Part shown: in pieces, positions 1-13,390 of the stretch
How positions within the stretch are numbered: the first letter of the stretch is position 1
How the letters are laid out: each line of letters begins with the position of its first letter
The notes under the pieces: generated by a model
Told to the model about the DNA's origin: nothing
What the model saw: only the letters and a program-made list of their open reading frames with translations
The model's database searches: none
Position numbers and translations under genes: made by a program
NCBI GenBank assembly: GCA_036785375.1
Contig: JAWMAR010001303.1
Span: 62,001 to 126,000, forward strand
DNA length: 64,000 bases
Reading direction: 5' to 3'
DNA from: Leucoraja ocellata
Lineage: Eukaryota

Positions 1-795
1 AGGAGGCTGCAAGGTGACTTGGATAGGCTGGGTGAGTGGGCAAATGCATGGCAGATGCAGTATAATGTGGATAAATGTGAGGTTATCTACTGGTGGCAAA
101 AACAGGAAAGTAGACTATTATCTGAATTGTGGCCGATTAGGAAAAGGGAAGGTGCAACGGAACCTGGGTGTCATGGTACACCAGTCATTGAAAGTAGGCA
201 TGCAGGTGCAGCAAGCAGTGAAGAAACCGAATGGTATGGTAGCATTCATAGCAAAATGATTTGAGTATAGGAGCAGGGAGGTTCTACTGCAGTTGTACAG
301 GGTCTTGGTGAGACCACACCTGGAGTATTGCGTACAGTTTTGGTCTCCTAATCTGAGGAAAGACATTCTTGCCTTAGAGGGAGTACAGATAAGGTTCACC
401 AGACTGATTCCTGGGATGTCAGGACTTTCATACGAAGAAAGACTGGATAGACTCGGCTTGGACTCGCTAGAATTTAGAAGATTGAGGGGGGATCTTATAG
501 AAATTTACAAAATTCTTAGGGGATTGGACAGGCTAGATGCAGGAAGATTGTTCCCGATGTTGGGGAAGTCCAGAACAAGGGGTCACAGTTTAAGGATAAG
601 GGAAAAATCTTTTACGACCGAGATGAGGAAAACATTTTTCACACAGAGAATGGTGAATCTCTGGAATTCTCTGCCACAGAAGGTAGTTGAGGCCCGTTCA
701 TTGGCTATATTTAAAAGGGAGTTAGATGTGGCCCTTGTGGCTAAAGGGATCAGGGGTTATGGAGAGAGGCAGGTACAGGATACTGGGTTGGATTG
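1..795 (+). mobile_element. CR1/HER1-type LINE, 3' part of ORF2 (RT C-terminus), degraded
   Basis: ORFs 19-264, 14-259 and 293-796 give WANAWQMQYNVDKCEV, YRVLVRPHLEYCVQFWSP, RRLRGDLIE, FFTQRMVNLWNSLP, with frameshifts between them. Confidence 0.95.
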
Positions 796-819
796 ACAAT
801 ATAAAATTATTATCTTGAC

Positions 820-1700
820 ATAACTGAGCCATATGTTTGGCAAATTATGTGTTCCTGTCTGAGATATCTGCATTCATACCCCCAATGACATATCCACTAG
901 AATAATTATTGTTTTGAATATAGGAATAGATGAAAGCAAGCCTATTTAAATATTCACCCTCATTCTGATGTCATTTATAGGGTGTATATACATTTAGGGT
1001 AACAAATTCCTTGTCGTTGTGAGCAATGTGTATTGTAATACACCAGTCAGCATCATGCCGAACCACATTTATTGATGAGCCAAGCTTCTTGTTCCATAGA
1101 ATAGTCACACCACCTGGTATCCTCCCTCTGACTATTCCCATGCCATGGACAGTTGTAGACTCCCCAGCCCCATGAAAGTTATCATTGAGAGAATTGAGTT
1201 TGTCCAAGTTTGCTTCGTTAAAAATGTCTCTTGCATTAATAGTATGTGACAGTTCTCCAGAAGCTTGTTAACAACTGTGTGGCGATCTTTAACCCCTGCG
1301 CTCTGAGCCAAACGCAGGCCACGACAGTTGTGCTACAGAACCAGAATAGTCATTTAGCGAGACAAGTGAGTGCTCATAGCACCAGCAGGCACACTCATTC
1401 CCCCCACAGCAAGCGCAGTGCTTGATCCGATGACTCCAACCCTGCATGGCTCATAATAGGGCCAGACAAATGCCCCTTCTGGCCAGTGCTCCAGATTGTA
1501 CATTTTGCCAACCTCATTGCATTCAGCAGACACTTTAAATGAACAGTATCTACTGCGTACAGTGTCAATCGTTTGACAGGTAACCTCACCGTCAAGTTTT
1601 TCTTTAAGATACACAGATAAAGTTTTGCCGTCTAGGTCTGGTGAAAACCTGAAGGCAAAATACTCTAAATGACAATCCTTATTCACCTAGAGAACAACCA
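820..1700 (-). mobile_element. Old non-CR1 LINE 5' fragment: ORF1 C-terminus plus APE endonuclease
   Basis: ORF 1354-1686 has the FSPDL..YL / SFKV / WPEG ORF1 pattern. Its stop abuts an ATG (TAAATG) opening HNCRG..ILLMQETFL, then GRIPGGVTILW and LNVYTPY (971-1207). Stops and frameshifts are present. Confidence 0.75.
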
Positions 1701-1744
1701 GGTTTGACTAACACAATTTTCCCTAAAATCATGCTATTTAAATG

Positions 1745-3080
1745 GACAAGAAGGAATTGCAGATGCTGAAAAAATTGAAAGCAGCCAAAAAATGCTGGAG
1801 AAACTCAGCGGGTGAGGCAGCATCTATGCAGAAAAGGAGTAGACAACGTTTCTGGTCGAGAATATGAGGTGTTGTTCGTCCAATTGTTCCTCCCATTCTG
1901 AATCTGACCTCTCTGTCCTGGGCCTCCTCCATTGCCAGAGTGATGCCCAGTGCAAATTGGAGGAACAACACCTCATATTTTACTTGAGTAGTTAACACCC
2001 CAGCGGTATAAACATTGACATCTAATTTCAGAGTCAGAGTCAGAGTCAGAGTCAATTTAATTGTCATTTGGACCCCTGGAGGTCCAAACGAAATGCCGTT
2101 TCTGCAGCCATACATTACACACAAATAGACCCAAGACACAACATAATTACATTTTACATAAACATCCATCACAATAGCTGTGATGGAGGCCAAATAAACT
2201 TATCTCTCCACTGCACTCTCCCCCCCCCCGATGTCAGAGTCAAAGTCATAGCCCCCGGCTGGCGATGGCGATTGTCCCGCGGCCATTAAAGCCACGCCGG
2301 GTGGTGCGAGGTCGCACACCGGGTCTTGGTGTTAGAGCCCCCGGTGTGCGCTCGCAGAGTCCGCGGCCATTCCAGCCGCGCGGGGCGGTGATGTCAGGCC
2401 CCGCTCCAGGAGCTCTTCGACCCTGCAACTCGGGCGGGAGAATTCGCCGTTGCAGGAGCCCTGAGAAGCGGTCTCCCTCCAGGGAGCCGCGGGCTCCCGA
2501 TGCCGTCGTCCGCAGACCCGCAGCAGCAGCCTCCGACTCTCCGGTAGCATCAGCAGCAGCAGCAGCGGCAACGCTCCTCCACCGCTCCGGACTCGGCCAG
2601 CCCCGCGACGGCAACGGTGAGTCGGCACCAGAGTCCCCGGCTTCTTCCTGTTGGAGGCCGCTCCTCGTTGCGGCCTCAACGACACCTGAGACCCGACGAG
2701 AAAAGGTCGGGTCTCCAGTGCAGGGAGAGATTCAAAAAGTTTACCCCCCCCCCTCCCACCCCACCCCCGCCCCCCCCCCACACACACCCCAACATAAAAT
2801 AACAAAAACTACATAAAAACACAGACAAAAAATAATAAAAACGCGGACAGGCTGCAGAGGCCGCTGCTGGCCAGAGCCGCGCTGCCTACCGGATATTCTG
2901 GTAGTCCTTGCTTTCTCCCTCCTTCCCCTTCCCCTTCCCAGCTCTCTCACATAGCCTACTTTCTCTGCCTCTTCCTTTCTTTTTCCAGCCCCCCTCCGAC
3001 ATCAGTCGGAAGAAGGGTCTCGACCTGAGACGTCACCTACTCCTTTTCTCCATTGATGAGTTTCTCCAGCATTTTTTTGG
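1745..3080 (+). mobile_element. Penelope-like (GIY-YIG) non-autonomous element, split by the insertion at 2029-2885
   Basis: 1880-2030 encodes a KLEEQHLIFYL..P.G.NID GIY-YIG C-terminus. Inverted pLTR-like start at 1745-1860; terminal part 2895-3080 has a degenerate CTGAAGA..GAAAC motif. Confidence 0.7.
2029..2885 (-). mobile_element. Non-autonomous SINE-like element with Rex1/Babar-like 3' tail
   Basis: (GACTCT)n tail, ATTTCGTT-hairpin-AATGACAAT end, GC-rich core, T-rich/G-run 5' part shared with other copies in the window. Confidence 0.7.
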
Positions 3081-4279
3081 CTGTTTAATTGGAAAAAATA
3101 AAAGCTACATTATTTTACCTTAATGACTTCTGTGACTTCAAGCATGACCTGCCATGTCTGTCTGGAACATGTTACCCATGAAAGTAAAGGATATGATCAT
3201 TTTCATTTTCTAAGTCTCAAGATCACCCAGGTTTTTGGTGCTATTTCATGCCTACCTGAGAGCTTTCAGTGTGCTTACACAATATGGAACGCCTTTCAAA
3301 TTTCTCACTCAAGGCAAGCAATCTTTCCTTGAGTAAAGCCTACAGGAAAAGACAAGGTAGACCGGTGGAATTGTTTGAATTGCAGACTTCCCCAAAGTGC
3401 AACCATGGAAATACTTCATTTACGTTGTTACAGAAAGCTCTCGAACAACCTACCAGGAATATAAGGCTGTAGTCCTGGAGGGTATTCCTTCATCTTATAT
3501 TTATTTTACACTAAACACATTATCAATATGTCTTATCAACTTTAAGGATCTATGTACATATACAGCCATCTGTTCCTGCATGTATTTTAAAAGTAAATTG
3601 TCTTTTTAATCTTCTAGAATAAATCACATATCAATTCTCTGCATCACATTTCATAGTTAACATCTGCCCATTCTGCCAGGTTATCTATATCCTTTGTGCA
3701 GACCTGCACTATCCTCCTCTTTGTTTAATGTAGCTGCAAGTGTATACCATCTGGAGAGTTTGAAATATTACTCATTACTAATGCCAAAGTCCTTTCTTAT
3801 ATGTAGTAAAATAAGTATATCTCTACTAAATCAGTCTGAAGAAGGGTTGCCTATGTCATTCGTTCCATAGGTGCTGCTGCATCCACTGAGTTTCTCCAGC
3901 ATTTCTGTGTACCTATACCTCTACTAATTCCTGAGAAGTATCTTACTCCACCTTCCTCCAATATGAAAGAGTTATAACATGCTTTCTAACCTTAGAAATT
4001 CCTTTTATGCACACCATGTCTTCCACAACTATGCATTCATTAACTTATTTGTAAAATGATCCCTGTGCTTCTGCCTATCGATTATTACTGCCTATCAATT
4101 ATACAACCATAAAAGCTATAGGTTCCCTTTTCACATTTCAGATTACTCCAGTTTATTTTAGAAAATGAAGTTAACCATTAACCATTAACCATTAATTGAA
4201 CATGACCATTACCCCATAATTTAAATTCCTTAGCTACTATGACAGAGATCTGGGAGTACAGGTATGAATTGCTCATTCT

Positions 4280-5199
4280 AAGTAGGTATGTTACAATACT
4301 TACCTTCAGCGGCGCTGAAATTCTGCCTCTAGCCGTGTGCGCGAATTTGGCGCCTTTGAGGGGGGGGGGGGACGGGGTTAAAACACGTTTTTTTTCCTAC
4401 CTTGACCTGGATTATATTTGGTTGGAGTGCAAGCTTTTGCTGAAGAATCGTTCCGACGGGCATTCTGTGTATTTTTTTCATTGCCCGACTCATTCAGCGC
4501 TGGAGTCATTTTAAAATGAACTTCTAAAGCCATTAACGCCCACAACGGGGACGGGTTTCAGGTAGGGGACAGGTAAAAGAAAGCTGTTTATTTTTATGTA
4601 TAAAAGTAGTCCTTAAGATACCTTTAGTTCACATTTTAAGTTGTGAAACGGTGATTTAGTCCCCATACCAACCGGCAGTGTTTTTCATGCTGATATGGGT
4701 GTCTAAATCACTGCAAATCGCAACGTTCCAAATGGTCGCGTTCCAGAAAAACCCACTGGCAAGTTGATTTATATGGCCATTAATTTACAGGTATTAAACA
4801 ATTACAATTCCTTCCATTTGGCCTATAAATCCATGACAATGAGATTTGAAAATTATGTTATATTGTGAATTATTGTGTGAATGTTATTTGGACACTTAGT
4901 CTATTTAAAAATGTTAATCTATTCTTAAGAAATTGATAGATGTTTAGATCTAGTAATTGAATTTTGTAATTAGCTACAATTAGGTAACTAACTAATTATA
5001 TGCTTTAATTTCAAGTCAACTAAGTAAGATTGTTTCATATTTGTTTCAGAATGCTTTAATCTATAATAACTGCAAATTTATTTTAGTTCTCTTAATTTTT
5101 AAGAAAGTTATGGCCATTTGACTGTCCTCGATCACAGCTTTTGTGTTAAGTCAATGGAAAAGCAATAGAGATCAAGATGCTAATTTCCGAGTATGAAAA
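4280..5199. repeat. Unclassified probable interspersed repeat, truncated by the adjacent LTR
   Basis: CpG-rich start (cagcggcgctg) grading into an AT-rich body, ending abruptly at the LTR; no coding signal. Confidence 0.35.
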
Positions 5200-5940
5200 T
5201 GTCCAGTCTCCTAGTTTCAGTCAAAAATCACTGAGTCAAGCACTTGCGCATATAAACTTTATTTTGACAAAACACAATTCCAATTCCACTACTATACCTA
5301 ACCACCGTGGGTTTGATCCTCATATCTGCCTGATCAAGCCCTCTTGGCCTCGCTCAAACAGAGACACTCTAGAAGGTCATGCAGTCCTAAGCACTCTCCC
5401 AGAAGATCGACACATGACCTTGTGGGAGCAGACTTTAATAGGTCCCCGGACCTCGAGGGGCCAAATCACATGGGGGTGGTCTCTTTACAATCCAATAACA
5501 AATATCGATTAACCCCATACATGACTGACATTTCCCAAATCCAATAATACAGTGGCTAATACCTTGTATTCAAACAGTGTTTCTCAGAGGAAACAAACAT
5601 TGCAACATGTGCCCTGATATGCAAGAAAACCAGACAAGGCTCAATACTTAATCCAATCAACATCCAGCAAAGTAAAGCTGTGCAACATTATTTACAATGT
5701 GTATGTCTGGTTTGCATTCATCCAATCCATTCTATGCATTTTGCACCTAATTGTCAGGGTCTGCAGATGTTCCCATTCCCTTCCTGCAGCTCTGATCTAG
5801 GCTCTAGACAAACTGGCACCACTCTGCAGCTTGTCCTATTTCTGCAGAAGGCACACTTAAATTGACCAAATGCCCTCGTTGCCTAGAAGTCTTTAGTCAA
5901 TTTTAATGTCCTAGCCTCTCCAATTTGACCAGGATTAACA
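5200..5940 (-). mobile_element. Solo LTR (same family as 32255-32448 + 34788-35270)
   Basis: TG...CA ends on the - strand, TATA-like box (~5437), AATAAA (~5258); colinear with the copy interrupted by the Gypsy element. Confidence 0.65.
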
Positions 5941-6019
5941 CAAATGCATGGCTCCTTGAAAGTGGAAAGAAAGGTGTACAGTGTTCTGAAGAAGTCTCTT
6001 GGCCTTCATTGGGGATTAC

Positions 6020-6500
6020 ATTAAAAAAAGTTGGGGCATCACGATGCAGCTGTACATGTTGTTGATGAGACCACACTTGAATTCTGGTCATCCATTTGTA
6101 GGAAGGGACTTGTTTTCCTTTTGAAAGTAGGAGACTGGGGGATGACTTTACTAAGGTGTACAAGATCATGATGGCCAACAATAAAGTGAACATTCACAGT
6201 ATTTTGAACAATGTAGAGGATTTTAAACCTGGAGGGCATAGGCTTAATATGAGAAGAGAGGGACCTCAGGGACAACCTTTTCACTCAGAGGGTAATTGCA
6301 TTTGGAATGAGCTGCCAGGGGAAGCTATGGAACCAGATACAATTATAACTTTTAAGACAATTGGACAGATATATGGATAGGAAAGGTTTGGATGGCTATT
6401 GGCCAAATGCAGGCAAATGGGTCTACCCCAGTATGCCAACTTCAGTCAGCATGGACAAGGAGGTAACTGTTTCTGTTCAGTATAGCTCCAAGGCTCTATG
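6020..6500 (+). mobile_element. Degraded CR1 3' fragment
   Basis: gagaccacacttg, RRLGDDFTKVYKIM, WNELPGEAME remnants. Confidence 0.75.
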
Positions 6501-7900
6501 AAGTCTATAACACTATGAGCTCTGCAACCGTATGACCTGACATAAACCAGTCCCATTAAATCTTCAGACAAGACCTCTGGATTGTTGGCTCAGAAATGTA
6601 ACTACTATGTTACCTACGCATTTGTAAAGTTGTGTAAGCAATTTTCATCTGCTATCTATTGTTGCATATTACAACTGTCTGCAGAAAATATTAGTCAGTT
6701 ATCATTTCTTGTTTGTCGTGATGAATGGGAATAGATTGCAGAGAAGAAATGTTAAATAAATAGCCATCCCATGTTGATGAGTTATTCGGTTAACATGGAA
6801 TCTTAGTTGTTCAAAGAGAGCAGATGAGGAATTGGGCAAATGTTGAAAATGCCCCTGCAGTTTCACCTATTGCATATATTGTTGCCTCGGTCATTTGCAG
6901 TGGTTCCTTTCTGGCTTAGGTCCAGTTCAGTGAATAATCTATTCACCTTTTTCATCCTTCAGTTGCTTTTTTCATGCACCACTTCTACTGATAATTTAAG
7001 TGAAAATTTTTTGTGGCATTATTTCCTTCAACCGTATGCTGTACCATTAAAATGTTTAATATTTGGTAATTGGTTTAGACATCTGTTATGTTACAGATGG
7101 GTTCCTCTTGCTCTAAAACAGCAGTCAAAGATTTTTACAATAAGCATGAAATAATTTACAAGCCAATTTCTATTGTTAGTTATCCCTTGGGCATAATAAT
7201 AGTCACAGAAAATCTCCAGGCAGAACTAAAAGATAACCTGTGCTTAAGAACGGCATTTGTCTCCTCAGCAATTAATGTTACAACTGGTAAGTATTCACTT
7301 TGCAGAAACAGTAAATTAAGTGTCGTTTTGATCTAATTAGGATTAGTTTTAAAAGAACATTATGTTGATATATTATTAACTGTTGTGCTTGGATCATCAA
7401 ATGGGAACAAATCTTAGCAATTGTCAGATGCAATGGCCTAGAAATTTTTCATTGTTGGGAAGAGAACAACATATGTTTTGTGCAAGGGGTCATTGCCTCA
7501 ATTTTCTTTTGTATGCAAGACCCAAGGCATTATGCACAACCCTTACATATTCAACAAGCACAACATTCTTTCCTCTGCTTATTCTGGCATTGAAAACTGG
7601 GTTACTGTTTGCATGACGAGTTGGGGGAAGATGAGGTCAAAGTGATTCTGTGTTCAGAAATTAAAGGGTCACATCAGCGGGATGTACAGGTTGTTGTGAG
7701 CAATTGCTGAGAGATGTGTTTGAAGTGGGAAGTGGTATGCGTCAAAGGCATGACTGGACTGTAGTAAAATGAAAAGATCCAAGAGCCACAGCAAAAATAC
7801 AATGACTGAAAGGAGATGTCCAAGTGGGTGGTTACAAATGCTGGAATCTGTGACAGCTGAGTGGACTTTTGATTTTGGCTGATGTCGGGCTGACATCGCT

Positions 7901-7902
<2 letters not shown>

Positions 7903-7943
<41 letters not shown>
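7903..7943. repeat. (CA)n microsatellite
   Basis: About 20 direct CA units. Confidence 0.97.
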
Positions 7944-7946
<3 letters not shown>

Positions 7947-8499
7947 ATTTTTATAACTTGTTTACAGAGTATTATGTTTACATATTCTGTTAAGCTGTTG
8001 CAAGTAAGAATTGCATTATTCTAGCTGGGACATATGACAATAGAATAAATAAAACACTCTTGACGATATGTTTTTCCCAGCGTTTTGCTTTAAGTTTTCT
8101 GATTCATTTCTCACACATAGTTTACTCAAGTATTATGCTTCACCACAGCATCTTTTTATTTACTATAACTTTAATATTTATTTAACATTTAATATTAAAC
8201 TTTAAATTCAACAGAAGTGTGTAAATCAGTTGATGCTGAGTTTGTTACCCAAGCTTATCCAAGCTTACCCAAGCCTGGATAATAGAGCTGCTCATCTTTT
8301 CTTTATTGTCTCTGCTCATTTAAGACCTACCTTTAGAACAGCATATGTTGTGGTTTTATTCTGACATTTCTCCTTGATTTCGCTATTCCTGCAATATTCA
8401 TGCGTTCAAACCTTTCCTGACCCTTCATTATGAGAAGTAGAAACTTTTCATAGAGGGCTCCAGGTGCTTTTCAAATCATATAATCTTTTTTTGACAATT

Positions 8500-9035
8500 G
8501 TTCAATGGTTCTTTATTGTCACATATGAACAGCATAGTGAAATTCTTTTTTGCATAGCTCACACATGCACAGTCACAATATTTTGCCACCATTTGCAAAA
8601 AGAAAAAGAAAAAGTCCAACGTCCACAGTCCAATCCACAGACTGGATGTACTGAAGCGTCCGCAATTCAAGTAAACCCATTTAATTCCTAGGTTGCTGTA
8701 GGGCCTTCTCCATCACCATTGACTGGATCAGTCCGTTATGTCCCTCTCCTCTCCCGACTGCATTTCTGTCCCCGGGGGTGCCTCCTGGAGCCAACCTTGA
8801 AGGCGTTGGAGGCAATACCTCTTCTATCATCCAATTCCTCATGTCCACCATTGCCAGCAGCTCTTCGACAGGCCAGTCTTCGGGGCCCAGCTCAGCGGAT
8901 TCCACCTTTCCCCTGCTGGAGAGCTGCTGACTTATTCTTTGCAGTGGCGAAGTTTGCCATCGCACATGGCCATGGGCGACTCACCAGGTTCATCAATGTT
9001 CCTGGCAGACGCCGGACCCGAGTGTGGTGGCGGCA
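8500..9035 (-). mobile_element. Older non-autonomous element with Rex1-like tail
   Basis: tttattgtcac...gaaattc tail (reverse complement of gaatttc...gtgacaataaa) and a GC-rich body. Confidence 0.45.
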
Positions 9036-9099
9036 GCACCGAGGTCCATCTTTATTTGGCTCCATGGCACATCACAGGAACTTACTGCCCTATTGATTT

Positions 9100-9500
9100 T
9101 TTTTAGAGATACTGCATGGAAACAGGCCCTTTGGCCCACCAAGACTGTGCCGACCAGCGATCTCAATACACTAACATTGTCCTACATGCACAAGGGATAA
9201 GTTACCACCTTACCAACCCAATTAACCTACAGACCTGGACATCTTTGGAGTGTGGGAGGAACCGGTGATCCCAAAGTTAACCCATGCAGGTCACGGGGAA
9301 AACATACAAAACTCTGTACAGACAAGCACCTGTAGTCAGGATCAAACTCGTTCTCTGGTGCTGCAAGGCAGCAACTATACTGCTGCGCTATCATGCTGCC
9401 CATACATGAACTTATAAACTCTATACAGACAGCACCCAATGTCATGATTGAACCAGGGTCTCCAACCAGGCAGCAGTTCTACCACTGCACCACCGTCCTG
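9100..9500 (-). mobile_element. HE1-type tRNA-derived V-SINE with duplicated head
   Basis: Reverse complement of the head (A/B boxes), V-domain ttcctcccacactccaaag and CR1-like tail; head repeated at ~9405-9500. Confidence 0.85.
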
Positions 9501-9654
9501 TCCCTATTATATCCTTTCTATAATTGATTAAAAACAATGTGTCTTGAGACCAATTTAGATATTGTGGTGTGCTTTAGAGTAGTTTATTTCTTTTCAATTC
9601 AGCTCAATATCCAAATGATGTTAAAGCTACAATCATTGTGTTTAGTTCAAAACA

Positions 9655-9900
9655 CCACACAGAGAGTGGTGAATCTTTGGAATTCTCTGCCACAGAAGGT
9701 AGTTGAGGCCAGTTCATTGGCTATATTTAAGAGGGAGTTAGATGTGGCCCTTGTGGCTAAAGGGATCAGGGGGTATGGAGAGAAGGCAGGTACAGGATAC
9801 TGAGTTGGATGATCAGCCATGATCATATTGAATGGCGGTGCAGGCTCGAAGGGCCGAATGGTCTACTCCTGCACCTAATTTCCATGTTTCTATGTTTCTA
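9655..9900 (+). mobile_element. CR1 3' end with 3'UTR hairpin and (TTTCTATG)n tail
   Basis: TQRVVNLWNSLPQKVVEA, ggccgaatggtc, tail ttccatgtttctatgtttcta. Confidence 0.92.
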
Positions 9901-9916
9901 AAAGAGAAACACATTA

Positions 9917-10731
9917 ATGGGTCTGTTCCGCTTAGGTGATTTTTCAGCGGACTGCAGGCGAAAAACCGGGAACTGGAACAGCAACTGTCACAGTGGAACA
10001 CACACACACACAAACACAAACACATCACTTCCTTCACCAGCCCATGTTAGTTATTTAGACAGCGTTCCCCCGTTTGCCCTGTCTAAAAAATTCACATGGT
10101 GCAAAGCCAAGTTGATACAGACACATACAGGAATGTTGGCCCTGTAAAAAGACAGCTAAAGCACAGTGTACGGTAAGTTCATTAAAAGAGAGGGGGGGGA
10201 GAGGGGGGGGAGAGGGGGCAGAAGGCGGGAGAAGGGTGGAGAAGGGTGGAGAAGGGTGGAGAAGGGGGGAGAATGGGGGAGAATGGGGGAGAGTAGTGGA
10301 GCCAACTTTTAAGAGGCCAGAGATGCACGGCTGTGAAGTTCAGTTATCCTTGGTTCTAAAAACTACTGCTTACCTTTTTTTCCCCCAATGAGCCAATGAA
10401 ATTCACTGGTCAGCACTGACTACAACCTACAAGAACCTCCAAGAACCTTTTTCTCCTGGCAACCCACTAGGACCTCCTGGCGACCCACCTACGGCTCGAG
10501 AATTCTCGCTACTCTCCATGGCGGCTTCATTCTAATCGCAGCTAATTTTTCAACATGTTGAAAAATTCATGGTGACCATAATGAGGCCGCGTCTAGTTCT
10601 CAGAATGTGGATTCTCCTCACGACCATGAAGGCGACTCCCGGCAACCACCCACGAACATGTGGAAACCATGTGGCGATTGCATAGTCTCCTGCAGACGCC
10701 TAAAACGTCGCCTAAGTGGGACAGGTCCATA
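9917..10731. mobile_element. PIF/Harbinger-type MITE
   Basis: Imperfect TIRs gggtctgttccgcttaggtga / tcgcctaagtgggacaggtcc, TAA at both flanks, internal 10-bp purine repeat at 10220-10290. Confidence 0.7.
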
Positions 10732-11038
10732 AGGAGCGAATTTTGAAAGAAAAAAAATCTATTATTGTTATAGAGAATAAAAACTAAGTATTTGTTTTGC
10801 TGAACTCACTTGACATTATTCAGGTTCAATTGTAAGTTATCTCTACAGATGGTTTAGTAACAAAGAATTGTGAAACATAATTGATTTAAAATAACTGCCT
10901 AACATATTTTCGTTCTAACAACAGATTTGGTTGTCACAGTTGGATTGGAATCATCTTTAATCTTCCCTAAAGGATATTTGCAACAGGTTGGGTTTTTACA
11001 GTAAACGAGCAGATTTCCTTTCTTCCTGCTTGTAGATT

Positions 11039-11996
11039 TAGAATTACAATTAGAATTACCTTTATTGTCATTCAGACCTTACAGTCTGAATGAAATTTCG
11101 TGCCTGCAGTCATACATACAATAATACAATAACAAACAACAATAAACACAAATTAACATCCACCACAGTGAGTCCTCCAAGCACCTCCTCACTGTGGTGT
11201 AGGCAAAAATCTTAGGGCTGCAGTCTCTTCCCTCCTCTGCTCCCTCTGCACTGAGGCGATACCCCACCGGGCGATGGTACAAACAGTCCCGCGGCTCACC
11301 GAGCTCCACGAACGGGCCGGCTCAAACACCGCGGCCCGGGGTGGTCGAAGCTGCCACCCTCCAGTCCAGTGGATGCAGCCGCTGGCCCGCGGCTGAACCC
11401 CGGACTCAGGTCACCGCCGCCAGAACGCCGTCCCAGCCCCCGGAACACCGTTCCAGCCCCGAGCTGGATCACCCTCATGTGAGTGCAGTTCCTCCCTCGA
11501 GCTGGGCCGCTCCGACGGGAGTGCCATTCCATCCTCGGGCTGGGCCGCTCCGACGGGAGCGCCGTACCTCCCTCGGGCTGGGCCGCCCCAACGGGAGCGC
11601 CACAGCCCCTCACGGGAGAGTCTCAGCCCCGCGCCAGGCCGCCCTCACGGGAGCATCACAGCCCTTCACGGGAGTGCCGTTCCAGCCCCGAGCCGGACCG
11701 CCCTCACGGGAGCGATCCCAGGGCAAGTCCTGACTGGCTCTGCCTCCAGAGTCTCGAGGTCGCCAGCTCCGCCATTAGGCCTCAGCGCAGACGGAGGCAG
11801 AGAAGGGGGATACAACAAAAAAGTTGCAAGCCCTGTTTCAACCCCCCCCCCCCCCCCCACCCCCACCCCCACCCCCACATAAACACAACCTAAAAAACAA
11901 AACCTTAACTAGACAAAACAAAAAAAACAACACAAGAAAGTAAAAACAAATGGACTGCAGGCGAGCCGCTGCTGCCAGGGTAGCGCCACCACTTCC
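11039..11996 (-). mobile_element. Non-autonomous element with Rex1-like tail
   Basis: gaaatttcattcagac-hairpin-aatgacaataaag tail, conserved CCACAGTGAG stem, internal ~36-bp GC-rich tandem repeats (11450-11715), TAGAT at both flanks. Confidence 0.7.
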
Positions 11997-12799
11997 TAGA
12001 TGATAGATCACCAAATTTATTGAATTCATTTTTACAACTAACCAAGAGAGGATCATGAACTTATTGGGAAGGAATGCTGCCAACTCAGGTTGGACATGTT
12101 CTCAGAATTTTCATCCTCAAGTTCCACCTACAGATGTCTTGCACCCTAAATCCTCACATCATCAAACAAATTTTTATCCTAATCTTTCATATCTTTAGAA
12201 TGGTTAAAATATCTGAAGACCCAGTAAAATGATTTGAATACTCCAGTGATTAATTTATTTTTGCCTAGGCAGTGTGTAGGAGATCAATCTCCAGGAAATC
12301 CTCGGAAAGTTGTCCTTTCTAAACAAGGAATACAGAAGGCGATGTGAAACACATGATTGTGTATGACTGGCCAGTTAAATGGATAAGCAAGTTTTACATT
12401 GCATGAAATGCCTGATCAAAAACACACACTTCTGCAAACAAGCTAAAGCCAAATACTATATCATTGCTCAGTGATTTTTTAGCATTACAATTATCCCACT
12501 TGCGTCCCCTTGCATCATTCTTATTAATTCCTATGTTGGGTAACACACTTCCTCATAACATCATGAAGTTTGCTGATGACACATAATTAGATGAACAAAT
12601 CAGGTGCATTTTAAAAACCAATTATAGGAATATTTAAGAAGATCCCTCAGATAAAATGATACAGTTGGGTTACAGTGACCAAACTAATATAACTGTGAAT
12701 CTATGCTCTCTAGTTTGTCCATTATTAACATACTTCCATCATTTCTTTAGCGTTTGACCCGATCTTCTGCTTAGCTCAATGCATTGTAAAGATGACCCA

Positions 12800-13390
12800 A
12801 GGGAATGTTGATGAACAGAAGGGCATTGGTTCATGTATGTAAGTCAATGTAACTGGCAGAAGAGATAGATAAGATGGTGAGAGGGAATATTGATGTGCAC
12901 TTCATTGGCCGTGGAATAAAATATAATGGATGGGGAATCATGTTGCTAATTTATAACACATTGATTAGGCCACACCTAAATTATTGTGTAGAGTTCTGCT
13001 CATCAAAACATTGGAAACATGGGCTTTCACCAGAATTTTGGCTGGATTGGGCCTAAGGAGATAAGGAAAGACTGAAAGACATAAGGATCTGCAAATGCTA
13101 GAATCTTGAGCAAAATACAAAGTGGTAGAGTAACCCAATAGGTTAGGCAGCAAATGTGGAGGGAATAATTCGGACACAACGATCTGTTTCTGAAAAAAGG
13201 GTCACAACCCCAAACATTGCCAATCCATTCTCTCTACAGACGCTGCTTGACCCTCTGAGTTACTCCATCACATTGTGTTTTGATAAAAAAAGACTGGATA
13301 TGCTGGATTTATTTCCACTGGAATAGAGATTAATATGTAATCTATCTAGAGGTTATCTAGAGGTTATTCTATCTGTGTTATCTAGAGGTA
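12800..13390 (+). mobile_element. Degraded CR1 fragment interrupted by a Penelope-derived repeat (13075-13285)
   Basis: GRGIKY..LIYNTLIRPHLNYCVEF; inserted repeat has inverted ends and a tctgaaaaaagggtc..ccaaac motif. Confidence 0.6.

Noticed and set aside
2246-2816. CpG island or promoter with Ala/Arg-rich ORFs (also 11296-11893, 36057-36684, 59731-60351)
   Set aside because: CpG richness lies wholly inside repeated SINE-like or MITE elements
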